Assembly: GCF_006345805.1 (NCBI RefSeq)
Contig: NW_021835457.1
Coordinates: 62,001 to 126,000 of the forward strand
Origin: Octopus sinensis
Lineage: Eukaryota
DNA length: 64,000 nucleotides
Direction: 5' to 3'
Position numbers and translations under genes: made by a program. A model generated the notes under the pieces. It saw only the letters and a list, made by a program, of their open reading frames with translations, was not told the origin of the DNA and did not search any database. Positions 1 through 12,210 of the stretch are shown piece by piece; position 1 is the first letter of the stretch; each line of letters opens with the position of its first letter.

Positions 1-915
1 ATAAACGCTGTTATAGCAAAATATTGAATAACCTGCTGAGTTTTGAGAGCTATTCTGAAGAGGAAATGTGTTTCCTTGTGGAGTCATTTCACAAGATGTT
101 GCCTCATGTGTCCAGTCCTACTCGTTTTTGTGATTTTATATTCGATAATCTCAGTCTGGGTTTGTTGTTGTTATTTATATGAAAGGAGGGAGAAGAGCCG
201 TCCTCAGTCTCACTTCGGTATACTCCTTTATGGTCAATTACAACATGTATTTTGTTAGATATGATGTTTTCTAGTGAATGTCCGTCGATTTATGTGGATT
301 TGTATTCTTTGATGACACCCGCTTTGTTCCAAATTAAGGAATGGGAACAATTTTTCCTTCAAACTGATAAATTTTTAGCTTCTTCGTATATTTAAAGTAG
401 ATGACTTTTATAGACATTTGCCATCGACTTATGCACTTGCTTTTGCTAAAAAAGCTGCTCGATTGGCTCTGCATTTATTTTGTTATGGACCTTATGATAA
501 CAATGAACTGATTCTGCAGTTCATCCTTAACATTATTGGCAGACATTCGTCTACGCAGATTCTTGTCAATCGTCCTGATGGCCTGTGTATTATATTTCTG
601 TTATTGGATAGCTCTGGAGTCAGACCCTTTCTTGGTCGATGAAAGTGATCCGGAAAATTCGAATGCTGGATTGTCTTCTCTCTGGGAAATGAAAGTGTTT
701 GAGTGCCACTACAAGTCTGCAGTGAGCACTCTGGCATCCAAGATATGTAATCCTGTGGGGGGCGAGGTTGTTAGAAACTTGTCTCTTTTGGTTGGAATTT
801 CTAATGTTGTTTTTGTTGTGTAATTCTTAAGGACAAACAAAGTCTGTCATCGAGTGAACATCTTATTTCATTGCCAGAGATTGCCTCTGAACTATTGCCA
901 TGTTGGTCTTGTTAA
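1..915 (+). CDS. NOC4L: Nucleolar complex protein 4 homolog (CBF/Noc4 domain), 3' part; gene starts left of the window
   Basis: Removing introns 160-185 (26 nt), 247-274 (28 nt) and 386-413 (28 nt) gives GGRRAVLSLTSVYSFMVNYNI / ECPSIYVDLY / HLPSTYALAFAKKAARLAL ... DPFLVDESDPENSNAGLSSLWEMKVFECHY. This matches the Noc4 C-terminal motifs (HLPAYLVAAFAKRLARLAL; DPY..EEDP..S.ALESSLWEL..L..HY). Stop TAA at 913-915. Confidence 0.9.
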
Positions 916-1019
916 TCAAATCTTTTGATACAAATACATTTCTTTAAATTTAATAACGTTGTATTTCTGATATAGAGTTTGGAGCCATTGTAATTTAAAA
1001 AACGCTTTTTAAAATGCAT

Positions 1020-1340
1020 GGAACTATCAATGTCTGAGTGCTCGACATGTATCTTTAAGAGCATCTAAAGTTTGGCAATAATGTAATATTCCGTCCAAAG
1101 GAGCCTCATCTTTACAATTAATGCAGTATAAAAAGCAATTTTCAATGTACATTACGTATTGACTGTGACTACTGCACATGACAAGTGACAGTAAAGACAA
1201 AAAGTGGAACAATGAAATATTAGAATAAATAATCATGTTAATTAATTAGTGTCAACTAATATTTTATTTAATCAATCTTTGGTGCATATCAGATTGCTTG
1301 ATATACAGACATAGGTTGCAATCTATTGTAAGTAAACTAA
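1020..1340 (+). repeat. Degenerate gene-like fragment with a paralogous copy at ~24450-24830; possibly a C-type-lectin remnant
   Basis: Blocks GTGCTCGACATGTAT, AAAAAGTGGAACAA, GAAATATTAGAATAAATAATCA and GGTTGCAATCTATTGT(A/G)AGTAAAC occur at both loci. A stop-interrupted frame reads AWNYQCLSARH and DKKWN. The lectin assignment is weak. Confidence 0.35.
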
Positions 1341-1825
1341 TCTACCATATTCATCCTCAGTTCTTAATGTTGTCTTTTGGATTCATTTGAAAAATATGAT
1401 TCTCAAAGTTGTTTTGGACAGAAAGTGGTTTATCCATTTGTAAATCACTATGTTTATATCTTTTGAATCACAAGAAGGAGAATTGTTAACCAAGTTAAAC
1501 AACGTTCGCACAAACAGTGGTCTACGAATTCTTAAATGAATCTTTCCTGGAGCTTGAAAACATTTTAAGTGTTGTTTTGGGTCGCCTATTGACAGGAGAA
1601 GCCAATTACTTTGGACTTGAATATAAACATATGCTACTCTCGTTTCAAATTTTGATGGAAAATGATTTGTTTATACGCTTGCAGCTAAAGTAAGAGGCCC
1701 TAGAGTATATTAGTCAGTGATTCTTTCTTGGTTTGATGCAGTTAGAGGAATTATGATTACTACTCAAAAAAGTTGGTATCTAAGAATAATTCAATTAAAT
1801 AATCAACATATTAAATAGAAAAGAT

Positions 1826-2002
1826 TTACTCCGTAATTTTCTTGTCATTCTGCGTCGGTCTCGTGAATGTGTTTTTCCTTAAAAGTAAAGTTAATATATT
1901 AAAATAATTATGTTGATGAGTTTTTTGGTCTACTCATGTTAGCTTTGAGTTTAAATTACTTAAAGGGATGCGTCTAAAAAGAGGAACTGTCCACCAACAC
2001 AT
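1826..2002 (-). pseudogene. Duplicated 5' fragment of SCO1 (first exons plus introns)
   Basis: About 170 bp align by eye with 11082-11254. It reads MCWWTVPLFRRIPL versus MWTVPHFRHIPP in SCO1. The first intron is kept (GT..GCTAAC..AG), the second donor is mutated GT>TT, and the downstream SCO1 exons are absent. Confidence 0.65.
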
Positions 2003-2142
2003 AAAACTACATTAGAAAATAATAATCCTATTATTATAAAGAATGATCCTAATATTATAAATACAAATCCCAAAAAGATAAATAACGATCCCAATATTAT
2101 AAATAAAAATTACAAAGTGCGTAAAGTAAGGATAAATAACAT

Positions 2143-3153
2143 ATGGAAGACAATGCTTTCAACCGAAAAATACGAAAGACACTCACATTTGATTTATTTA
2201 ATCAAATTCTAAGATTAAGAAACAATATTCCTGTTAAAGAAATTTCCAAAATAGTTGATATATCACCTTCTGCAATTTACAAAATTTGTAAATTTTTGGA
2301 TGAAAATGAAAAAGTTGATTTCTATGCTTATGTACGGTCTAAAGGCCCAAGAAATAAGATAACCGTGAAATAATTGAAAAAATTACAAATATTATTAATG
2401 AGGATAATTATTTGACACAATTAGGTGTTAGAGAAAAGCTTTTTACAAATCAAAACAACAGTATATCCATAAGCAGATCAAAAATCAATAGATTGTTTAA
2501 AGAATCAGATTTAACTAGAAAACGTTTGAAAAAACGTTCAAAAGTTATTCTCACACAAATTCATAAAGACTCTATTAAATATTACGCAACAAAGTTATCA
2601 ACATTCTTTAATAAAAGAATTACTTTTTTGGATGAAAGTGGATTCAACTTACATACATCCATTAATTATGGCCATTCTTTACCTAATACTGAACCCTTAT
2701 TATTTCAACAAAGTTCTAAAGGCCAAAACGTATCCTTTTGTGGAATAATGTCATCACTCAGTTTGGAGTTCTATAGAATAATTGATGGTGGATACAATGC
2801 AGAAAATTTTGAAACATTTATACGTGAAGCTCACGGTTGTAATATTTTTCCTACTAACATTTTATTAATAATGGACAACGCACCGATACATCATTGTAAT
2901 AACATAAAAAATTTATTTCGAAATCTAAATATACACGTTGAATTTTGCCGAGTTACTCCCCACAATTAAATCCCATCGAACTTTATTTGCAAAAATTAAA
3001 AATGATTTAAATAAAATTCGTCCGAGAGCAACAACAAGAAATCAGCTAAAAGAAAACATTAAGAAAGTTGCTGATAATTTGGAAAATTTAATTTTACCTC
3101 CTATTTCGATCATATGTGGCAATTGGGTTCACAGGGAACTTGCACGTTTATGA
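2143..3153 (+). mobile_element. IS630/Tc1-like DD34E transposase, frameshifted
   Basis: N-terminal HTH-like ORF, then FLDESGF and IMDNAPIH. Restoring one T in a T-run gives EFLPSYSPQLNPIE, with 34 residues between D and E. No TIRs recognised. Confidence 0.85.
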
Positions 3154-3255
3154 GAAATTGTTCGGTAAAACAAAATATTCCAAATTACGAACAACTCAAT
3201 TATTGGGTTCACAGAGAACATGCACGTTTATGAGAAATTGTTCGGTCAAACAAAA
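3122..3255. repeat. Direct repeat, two copies of ~55 bp about 80 bp apart
   Basis: ATTGGGTTCACAG(G/A)GAAC(T/A)TGCACGTTTATGAGAAATTGTTCGGT(A/C)AAACAAAAT at ~3122 and ~3202. Confidence 0.85.
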
Positions 3256-3915
3256 TTCTTTAAAACGTATTAACTTTTTTAATCTTGTAGATACAAATGG
3301 AGTCGAAAAAATCAAAGTTTTTTCAAACAATTCTGCGGGATTTTCGGGAGATGTAAAGCTAATACACGAATTAAAGTATTATCAATATAAAATACGCCCA
3401 GTGTTATTAACATCTGGAGTACATTAAAAAAATACGAGAGACAAATCAATCAAGGTTGTGTGCTTTCTCGACAACAAGCATTTTTAGTGATTTTCGTGGA
3501 TCACGATATAACCAGAAAGTAGAGACGCCAAAAAAAGACAAATCAAAGACTTAATTTTTCTGGATGTCTGGAATTGATTGATTTTAGTTTTATTTGATTC
3601 TTTTTTGATTCTTCATTATTTTTAATAGATTTCTTGTTAATAGATAAATCAGAATAAAGATGGAGTAAAAAAATTCAAAAAGATATAAAAAAAAATCATT
3701 ATAAAAATGTCAAAATAATAAGAGATTGACTTTTAAGGAATAAAATCAAAAAAATGATGAAAATGATAAAATTTCAAATTCTGTAATCAGGAAATGAAAG
3801 TTCATAAAGATTTATTCCTTACAAATCAAATTAAATAAGAATGTAGAAAAGTACACATAAAATACCAACAAACTAAGTCAACTACATGTATCAACGTGTT
3901 ATAATTTATTAGGCT

Positions 3916-6655
3916 AGACCAGAGGTTTCCAAGCTTTTTTTTACGCGCCTCCCTTAGAGAAAAAGTACAATCTTGCGCCTCCCTTTATATTCCATAATAT
4001 AATACAATTATTATTTTATCAAAAACAATTTTTTAAAACAAAAAGTTAATGAGATAATTTTTTTTCCATCTTGGCGCAAAGTTTTTCAAATCTTGGTGTC
4101 ATCGCAGAGAGTGCTACTCTTAGCTCATTAGTCACTACTAAACGAGTTCGATATTTAGATTTAATTGCAGCTAGTGCAGAAAATCCAGTTTCGCATAAAT
4201 ATGAAGTAGCAAATGGCAACAAAACTTTCATTGCTTTATTCGACAAAATTTCATATTCCGTTCTTACATTATTCATGTGTTAAAATTATTTAATTGTCTA
4301 ATAAATTAAATAAATTTTTGAAAAAATATAATTTTTAAATTAATAACTCTTATTATCGGAATATAGTCACGTTTTTTACATAGATATAATTTTCTAAAAA
4401 ATGTTTCTGAAATACTTTTCGCGCCTCCCTTGACACGAGTCAACGCCTCCCTAGGGAGGCGCGCCTCCCCATTTGGAAACCTCTGGGCTAGACGGTGTAA
4501 AGCCCATCCACCTACGCGATCTCCTGAGCCCATTGACCCACGAATCCGGAAAAGACCTGCTATCTTCTGTCACTCGTCTTTGTTCGCACATTGTCTCGGG
4601 CGAGATTCCAACCGTCGCCAGAGATCTTCTTTTCTCTGCTGGCCTCATTGCCCTGTCGAAGCCGATGGCGGCGTGAGGCCCATTGCGGTCGGTAACGTTT
4701 TCAGGAGACTCTCGGCCAAGATAATGTCCCGCAGGGTGGTTCCCCCCCTGAGTCTGGAGTTTCTCCCTTTCCAGTACGGTGTCGGCGTCCAAGGTGCCTG
4801 CGAAATTCTCGCGCACGGCACTCGCCAACTTGTCCAGTCAAAGCCAGAAGACTGCAAGTTCATCGTGAAGCTGGACGTCAGCAACGCATTCAACTGCGTC
4901 CGCCGGGACCATCTGCTCGAAGTGGTTTCGGCACGTTGCCCCGTTCTCTTCCCAATTGTAAAGCTGGCATACTCTGCCCCAAGCTGCCTTCTGATCCATG
5001 ATCAGATCATCATGTCAGAATGCGGCATTCAGCAGGGTGACCCACTGGGCCCATTGCTGTTTGCCCTCTCCGTTGACCACATTGCACGGAACCTTTCTTC
5101 CACTGTTAACTTCTGGTACCTGGACGACGTGACGATCGGTGGACCTACAGAGGTCGTTATGGAAGACGTTAAGAGAATCACTTCCGGTTTCTCCAAGATC
5201 GGACTATCTCTTAACGGCGAAAAATGCGAACTCGTAAACATTTCTTCTCTTGCCCCCGCCGCTCTCCGCAACACATTCTCCTCTCTCAGCAGCCTGATCG
5301 TTGGGTTAAGGCTAACGCCCACCAGCGATCTAGTTATCTTGGGCTCTCCAATTTCCGCTGAAGGCATAGAAAATGCCTTATCGTCTAAATGGGACGAAAT
5401 TAAACTACTCACTGATCGATCCGTGGGCTTGGCTCGCATCTTGCGTTTTTCTTGTTGAAAAACTTTCTTTTCGTCCCCAGACTGACCTATATTCTCCGTT
5501 CCTCCCCGTGTTTCGCTGCCACAGACTCATTATCCAGAATCGATAATCTTGTCCACCAATCGCTAACATTCCACCTCAATTTGAGGTTCACTGGTGACGG
5601 TTTTACCCGTGCCAGTTTACCAACTCGCTTCGGGGGGATCGGGATCCGCTCTTGTGCGGACCTGGCCCTACCCTGCTATCTCTCATCCATGTCGGCTTTC
5701 AGGAATTCCGTTGCTCAGTTCTACTTCCCTCTCTCGAACTTAATGAGCTCTCGGAATTCTCATCTGCATGCCGTACGTGGTGCTCACTCGACCTTGATTT
5801 TCCCACGATCCCTTCAGTTCAAAGGGGTTGGGACGAAATTCTCTCTGCTCGAACACATTACGAAAACTTCGCTCCAAGTCGGACCAACTCTCCAGCTGGC
5901 CACCCTTAACTGCGCCTGTCAGCCGCACACACGGGTGACTGGCTCAAAGCTCTCCCCACTCCTAGTACGGGGTTACTACTGGACGACGAATCCTTGCGGA
6001 TTGGGATCAGCTTACGATTGGGTTTGGACATCTGCCAGCCCCACCCTTGCCGGTGCGGGTCCTCAATTTCGTCAAACGGCTTGCAGCACGTTGTCGTGTA
6101 AGAAGAGTGCCGGGAGAATTCCCCGTCACACTCATCTGAATGACGTTGTGAGGAGGGCTCTAGAGTCGGCTGGTTTCCCTTCCACCCTAGAGCCAGTCGG
6201 CCTTTCCCGGAGCGACGGCAAGCGTCCCGACGGGATGACGACCTTTCCTTTTAGGGAAGGCAAGTCCCTGGTTTGGGATGCCACGTGTGTCGACTCTTTT
6301 TCGGCGACAATGCTTCCCAGGACTGTCGCAAACCCGGGTTCCGCCAGTGCGCTGTGCTGAAGAGACAAAGATGACGAAATACCGGTGTATTTCGGACGCT
6401 TTTGAGTTTGCCCCCCTCGCCTTCGAAACCTCTGGAATCGTCGGAAAGGCTGCGACTCAACTCCTCGCCGCCATTGGTAGAAAAATCTCCACAAAAACAA
6501 ACGACCGGAGGGAGACGAGCTGGCTGTTCCAGCGAATCTCGGTTGCTGTGCTCCGCGGAAACTGCCACTCAATACGCAGCGCGGCATCGTTGAGCTGACC
6601 CTCAGGCCCTCGACAATTCCCTTAGCCAATTGCTTACTTTTTTCTTTCTAATTAT
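3916..6655 (+). mobile_element. 5'-truncated CRE-clade non-LTR retrotransposon (RT plus restriction-like endonuclease), frameshifted, with 12-bp TSD
   Basis: RT motifs GLDGVKPIHLRDL, RPIAVGNVFRRL, QYGVG, KLDVSNAFN, GIQQGDPLGPLLF, WYLDD. CCHC-like SCKKSAGRIPRH, and RLE motifs KRPDG, LVWDATCVDS, PLAFETSG, SVAVLRGN. TSD ATTTATTAGGCT at 3904-3915 and 6656-6667. Confidence 0.92.
3920..4485 (-). mobile_element. Non-autonomous hAT (Buster/Charlie-type) element nested in the CRE element
   Basis: TIRs CAGAGGTTTCCAA / TTGGAAACCTCTG. 8-bp TSD GGCTAGAC at 3912-3919 and 4486-4493. Carries a hAT dimerisation remnant LLPFATSYLCETGFS (4046-4276, minus). Confidence 0.92.
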
Positions 6656-7792
6656 ATTTATTAGGCTTACCTTTAAAAATAGGTTAACCATTTGTGTAAT
6701 GATTTTAATTTAATAAATATGAATTTTTAATTTAATTTAATAAATATGTCTATAACGAAAAAGATGCACTATAAAAATCAGAATTATTAATCTGTCACGA
6801 GTTAGAGATATGTGAAAGACTAGATATGTACATCACCCCACAAAGGTTATTCTTCCGAGACATGTCTCTGATTTTCCTAATGAGTACTACAAGAATTTTT
6901 AACAAGCCATTAATCATTTTCTTTTGATGACGTGGCATAACAAACTAAAAGAACAAACTGGTCTAAATCGTGAGTCTCTGTTTGGTTAAAGACCACAAGA
7001 AATTATCTTATTGGCTCTATTGGACACATGTCTTTTTATGCTTTTCTTCGGAATCTTTCACTATTGCCTCGTTAAAAGTAAGACGATTAAAGTCGAATAA
7101 TACAAGAATAAATGTATGTGCGGAATTTAAATCGTACAATGTATTCATGACGTGCTTATATAAAACGAAATTAAAAGATGTATCAGACAAAATCAACGAT
7201 AATTTTCGCCTGATTCTACACCCATCGAATTGTCCACTGCATGAGATTTGCAATACACAAAAATTAAACAATCGAATTCCTTACAGAATTTTAATACACT
7301 TAAAATATTTTTATGCAATACTGCCCTCCATCACTGAGCAAGACATAAACTGAAATGGAGCAGCCACAGAAAAAAACAAATCTGGGAATACCACTCCTAT
7401 ATAGAATTAAATAAACTAAATTATATGCAAAAAAGTACAAGGCACTACTAACAGACTTTCCGAGCTACAGTAAGACACTAGTGGACAGTGATCAGAAATT
7501 GATTATGGTACGTTTCCTTTCAAACAATATTTTAGAAACAAAGAAAGCTCTGGACAAAATAAACAACAATAGAGCTGTGAGTTCTGAAAAAAATTTCATT
7601 TTTTGTTTGTCTTCACTAATTTAATCATCACTTGAATGATTTGAAAAAGTATCAGAATTGTATTTGTTAGGCCATCCACAAACTTCCATACCAGATATCT
7701 CAATATTGGAATCAAATTTAATGATAGTTCAATCTGATAGTTGAATCAATTTATGTATCGAAAAGATGATAGCGAATATTTGATACAGAAAA

Positions 7793-8146
7793 GTGTATGG
7801 TGAATCGCCCGTCCTCTCTCTGGAGATAAAAAACCCTGCGCTTGGACGGATCAAATGTTTCAATATTTTGACAAAATCTTTGACTGCACAGAAGGCTCGT
7901 ATAACTGCAAAGAAATCGGGGCATTTTACCCTAGAATTCAATAACCGAAGTGACAGGGATTCTTCTGTGAACGACCTGAACAATAACAAGCCATTTGGTC
8001 ATGATGGCCATAAAATCTCGGAATGTTGTTTGCAACCCTCAACAGTAATTTTAAAGGGAATTCCTTTCTGGGTTTCCGAAGAAGACCTGGATCTTTACCT
8101 AAAGGAGACTCTCCAGCCTGGCTTTTCTTTCCAACGGTTTAATTAA
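7793..8146 (+). mobile_element. Possible LINE ORF1/gag-like remnant
   Basis: TVILKGIPFWVSEEDL resembles the RRM-like segment of LINE ORF1 proteins. No other support. Confidence 0.3.
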
Positions 8147-8199
8147 TTCATATTCATTGCGTATTACACCGTCATCATCTTGTTTCAAAAAAATTTCCG

Positions 8200-8345
8200 C
8201 TTTTTTAAATCAAGTTCTGAATCTCGTCATAAAAACAATCAATCGAATTAAAAAAAGTCCAAAATCTGATAGGATCTTTAGGAAATTTTGTATAGATAGG
8301 AATGAAGATTATTTAAGACTCTTGTATCATACTGAAGTTTATTTT
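8200..8345 (+). mobile_element. hAT/Buster transposase remnant
   Basis: IKTINRIKKSPKSDRIFRKFC...LLYHTEV matches the Buster motif preceding HTEVRWLS. Confidence 0.65.
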
Positions 8346-8589
8346 TGTTTTTTTATATTCTATAAGTTCGCTGGTTGTCCAAAGACACTGCTTTACAAAG
8401 ATTTGTAAACCTTTTACCAACTATTTTGGACTTTCTTGAATCGGAAAATTAAATAAGTCTTTGTTTCTTTGGTACACGAAATAACTTGGTTTGGTACACT
8501 GACGTTTTTTTTGGTACACCAAAAAAAAGGTTGAGAATCACTGATGTACATTAATATACTTGAGAAAAAGAAATGATTCCCTTTATCAA

Positions 8590-9035
8590 CGATCATTCAG
8601 AAAATCCGATTTTCCAACAAGATAACGATCCGAAGCATACTGCAAAGAAGACTAAAAGTTTTTTGACTGAAAAAAATCTTGCAAATGAACTGGCCGAGCA
8701 TGTCGCCAGATTTAAATCCAATTGAACACCTGTGGTGTTATTTAAAAAGAAAAATTGAGACATTTGACGTCACAAATAAAAAAAATCTAGAAAATTTAAT
8801 TATTGAAAAATGGAAAAAAATTCCAAAGGAAATATGTATCAAATTGGTGGATTCAATGACCTCGAGACTAAAAGCAGTCATCAAAAATAAAGGAGGGCAC
8901 ACCAAATACTCACTTTTTAAATGGTGTACTATTTATGAGGCGGCAATTTTTCATGTTTTAGCTAACAGATATAAAATAAATTGATTAAATAACTCTGAAT
9001 ATAAAAATATTGACTTTATTCGGCAAGAGTCACTG
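8590..9035 (+). mobile_element. Tc1 transposase 3' fragment with probable right terminus
   Basis: QQDNDPKHT, WPSMSPDLNPIEHLW and VIKNKGGHTKY. The terminus-like CACTG is at 9031-9035. Confidence 0.85.
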
Positions 9036-10317
9036 ATAAATCATTTTTGGCCACCAGTTCTTTCATAAGAAAAATCAGTTATTCGTGACAATATATCCAC
9101 GGGAAATTCGATCAGTCGGGAAGAAAAATCAAAAAAGTATTAGATAGTTAAAATGTAAAAAAGATTAAATTATTGTGAAATAAAACAAATTCAATTACAG
9201 AATATCAAATATTATAAAAAATTCTGTAAGTCAACAATATATTTAATCAATTTTAATATAAATTTTAACCATTCATACAAGAGAATATAATTGGATTAAA
9301 AATATAAAACAATGCACAACAACAAAACGAATTATGTGTAGTAACGTGGTTATCTTATTTCTTTGGATTTTCCAATAATCAAAATTATTAATTTTTGAAT
9401 TTATAAATAATAATTATTTGGTTAACCTAAAAATAATTTTGAAACGAACTTTTATACTGTCTCTAGCATTATGAGGTCATTATGTAGTAATCATTCCTGG
9501 AAAATAAAAAAATCATTTTGCCGAAAGCTTTATTTACTGATTAATATTCATAATATTTTTTGTTTCTACATTAAACACAATCAAAAGTAAAAATGAACTC
9601 GATGAAAACGTGTAAGATCACAGACTATCCTATTGAGTCAGAGTATGAACAAGCATTCGCTAGTTATCATCGATAAAGGATTCTCGAATGTCACTAAGAT
9701 GATCTGACTCATTTTTTAAGTTTGGCAAGATAAACATAAAACGTGTTTTCCCTCGTTTTCCTTAACTCGAACGCAGAAGTTGAAATGCGCAGCATTCACG
9801 AAAATTTCAGAGGTAGGAAAAATTATAATGAAACAGCTATGCGTAGTCTAAACATCCCGCAAGGCACATGACGACACTAGTAAGACAGAGAAACAACAGT
9901 CGGAATAAAATTCTCAAACATGGGAATGAAAAATTTACTGAGAATTTAAATGCATTTCAACAAAAACAATAAAATTCCTATAGAAGGTACGCAATCCGAA
10001 AGTGACTTGAATCATAATTTATACGTACATGAAAATCTGAATGCTTGGGGAATAGGATGGCGACTATTCTGGCATATTTTGAGAATAGATCCTCCTGCTC
10101 CTGCAAGCGAAATCACAAGCACCAGCTCCTTCGAGGAAGACCGCCAACAATCTTATTATTAGGGTTAGAATTATTAATCTGATTAGCTGACCTGACTAAC
10201 AACATCACAATTTAGAAAACTTTAATGACAAACAAGCCAGCCCAGAGTTGTAATTCTTAAAAAGCTTATAGAATGGTGTGAAATGAGAATTGGAATGGCC
10301 AAAACAAAGTAAATAAA

Positions 10318-11254
10318 CTAATCATCGCCAATCTGGTCATACTCCTCCATGTGATGAAGAATTCCATTAGCCAACTCCTTCGAATTACGTTCCCTTCCGT
10401 AGAAATCAACAAAATTGCCATCCGGATCCACCAAGTACATCACAATCGAATGATCCACAATATAATCCCCATCCTCGTCCACCGGTCCCTTACTGTAATA
10501 CACCCGGAAAGCCTTCGCCGCCTTCTCAACCTGTTCCACTGTCCCCGTCAGTCCAATCATGTGTCGAGAAAAGTCTGTCTCTCTCAAAGTCCTTTACCTT
10601 CCACATAGTCCTTGACCACCTCCACCGAATCCCTCTCCGGGTCTATCGAAACGAAGACGGGCCACACCACTGGTCTCTTTAAATTAGTTCTGCGGAGTTT
10701 CATCAGTCGGCTGGAAGATTTGTCTTAAAAATTCTTAAAAAAAACAAAAACCGACAATTTCCAAAGCCTCCACCAGCTTTTCGAGTTCTTCGTGACAAAT
10801 GTCGGGACATTGACAGAAACCAAAGTAGAGAACAATCCAATGACCTACAAAGTCCTTGTTCGTCATTTTCACGTTTTTGTGGTTAACCAACTCGTAATCC
10901 CCGCCCAAAGACATTTTTCCTAAACTGCGGTACCGACATTTCAGAGCCTCTGATTGGTTGGGGTTGTTTTTTAACCTTTTTTTTCCTTTTCGTTGATTTT
11001 ATAAAAAATTCCGAATAATGTGAGGCCGACTGTCCGGAGATTGCCACAGACCTCCAAGTTGGCTAAAATAGAAGGATTGGCTTTACTCCGTAGTTTTCTT
11101 GTTCTTTCGGCGTCGGTTTGTGAACTTGTTTTTCTTTAAAGTAAAGTTAATATATTTACAATTATTATTTTGTTGAGTTTTTTGGTCTATTTATGTTAGC
11201 TTGGGATGTCTAAGTACTTGGAGGGATGTGTCTAAAATGCGGAACTGTCCACAT
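10318..11254 (-). CDS. SCO1: Cytochrome c oxidase copper chaperone SCO1/SCO2, multi-exon, at least one indel
   Basis: Spliced reading MWTVPHFRHIPP..GPTWRSVAI..LGGDYELVNH..LYFGFCQCPDICHEELEKL..PVFVSIDPERD..IGLTGTVEQV..FRVYYSKGP..DYIVDHSIVMYLVDPDGNFVDFYG. The CxxxC motif and the copper-ligand His are present. Confidence 0.92.
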
Positions 11255-11337
11255 CGTACACTAAATCGACGAAACATTTTATACATTTATTAAATATAAT
11301 TTAAAAATATATATAAGTCATCAACAATAACAATTCA

Positions 11338-11891
11338 ATGTGCGACTCTTGTGATAGTTCTAACTCCGAATCGAATATATTGTTCACAAAATTATAACTT
11401 TCAATTTCTAGAGAAAATCAAGTCCTCAGCAAAAAAAAATTTTCAAAACTAGAAAGTGACGTCGACAAGTCCCTGCTTGAATCAGGGATTTCAATTCCCA
11501 ATCAAGACATTTTTTACTCTGAACAAATCGACACAAAAAACCAAGAGTGGGTCGACAAAAAACGCAGAAATTATTTATTCCCAGGCCCCCACGACAACAA
11601 GTCTCCTCTTCCTCCCACTGGGGGGACCCTCTATTGCCCCGGCTGCTTCTCTTTGCTTACCAGAGACTGCCAAAGGTGTATTTGATTAACCAATTTTAGA
11701 CATTCAATTTACCATTCACAGTTCAGGCTCTGTTTGTTTCTAACTGTAAAATTCTTCCCAACGAGTTGTTGAAATGGCCCAAGACAGGTGAGCTTTACTA
11801 CCGTGTGAGGTGCAATGAGTGTTCTACTGAGGTTGCGGTTATGGATGTGGAACAGACTTTCCATTTCTTTAATATTATTGTTGGTGATTAG
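11338..11891 (+). CDS. EAPP: E2F-associated phosphoprotein homolog
   Basis: DIFYSEQIDTKNQEWVDKKRRNY; LYCPGCFSLLTRDCQR | HSIYHSQFQALFVSNC; VRCNECSTEVAVMDVEQTFHFFNII*. These match the EAPP CPAC..LCLDCQRH and C.ECSTEVAV.D..EVFHFFNV motifs. One or two indels. Confidence 0.88.
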
Positions 11892-12210
11892 TCTTTTGTG
11901 TATAAAATGTCCACATTGGGTAAAAAAGATCTTCGAAACACTTATCAGAAGAGCTTTAAATGTCGGTAGATAATTTTGATCGAAACATGTTTGAGAACAT
12001 ATTTGGTGATCTCTCTTGAATAGATTGACACGAAATCATTCAAGAGTAACTGACATGAGTTATTGTTTAATTATAATTTTAAAAAAATTACCCACCGCAG
12101 CTGCATATTTAGAAACACAAACAAAGCGTCTAAACAAGCCAAAACAGTGACATTGAAAAATTAAAACCTATAAAAATTGAATATATAATATTGAGTAATA
12201 TACAATAACA

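Noticed and set aside
1826-1995. Possible spliced-leader RNA gene (donor-like AAAAGTAAAGT, Sm-like GAGTTTTTTGG), repeated at 11082-11253
   Set aside because: Both copies are explained as the minus-strand 5' exons and introns of SCO1, and the putative leaders are too long and too divergent.
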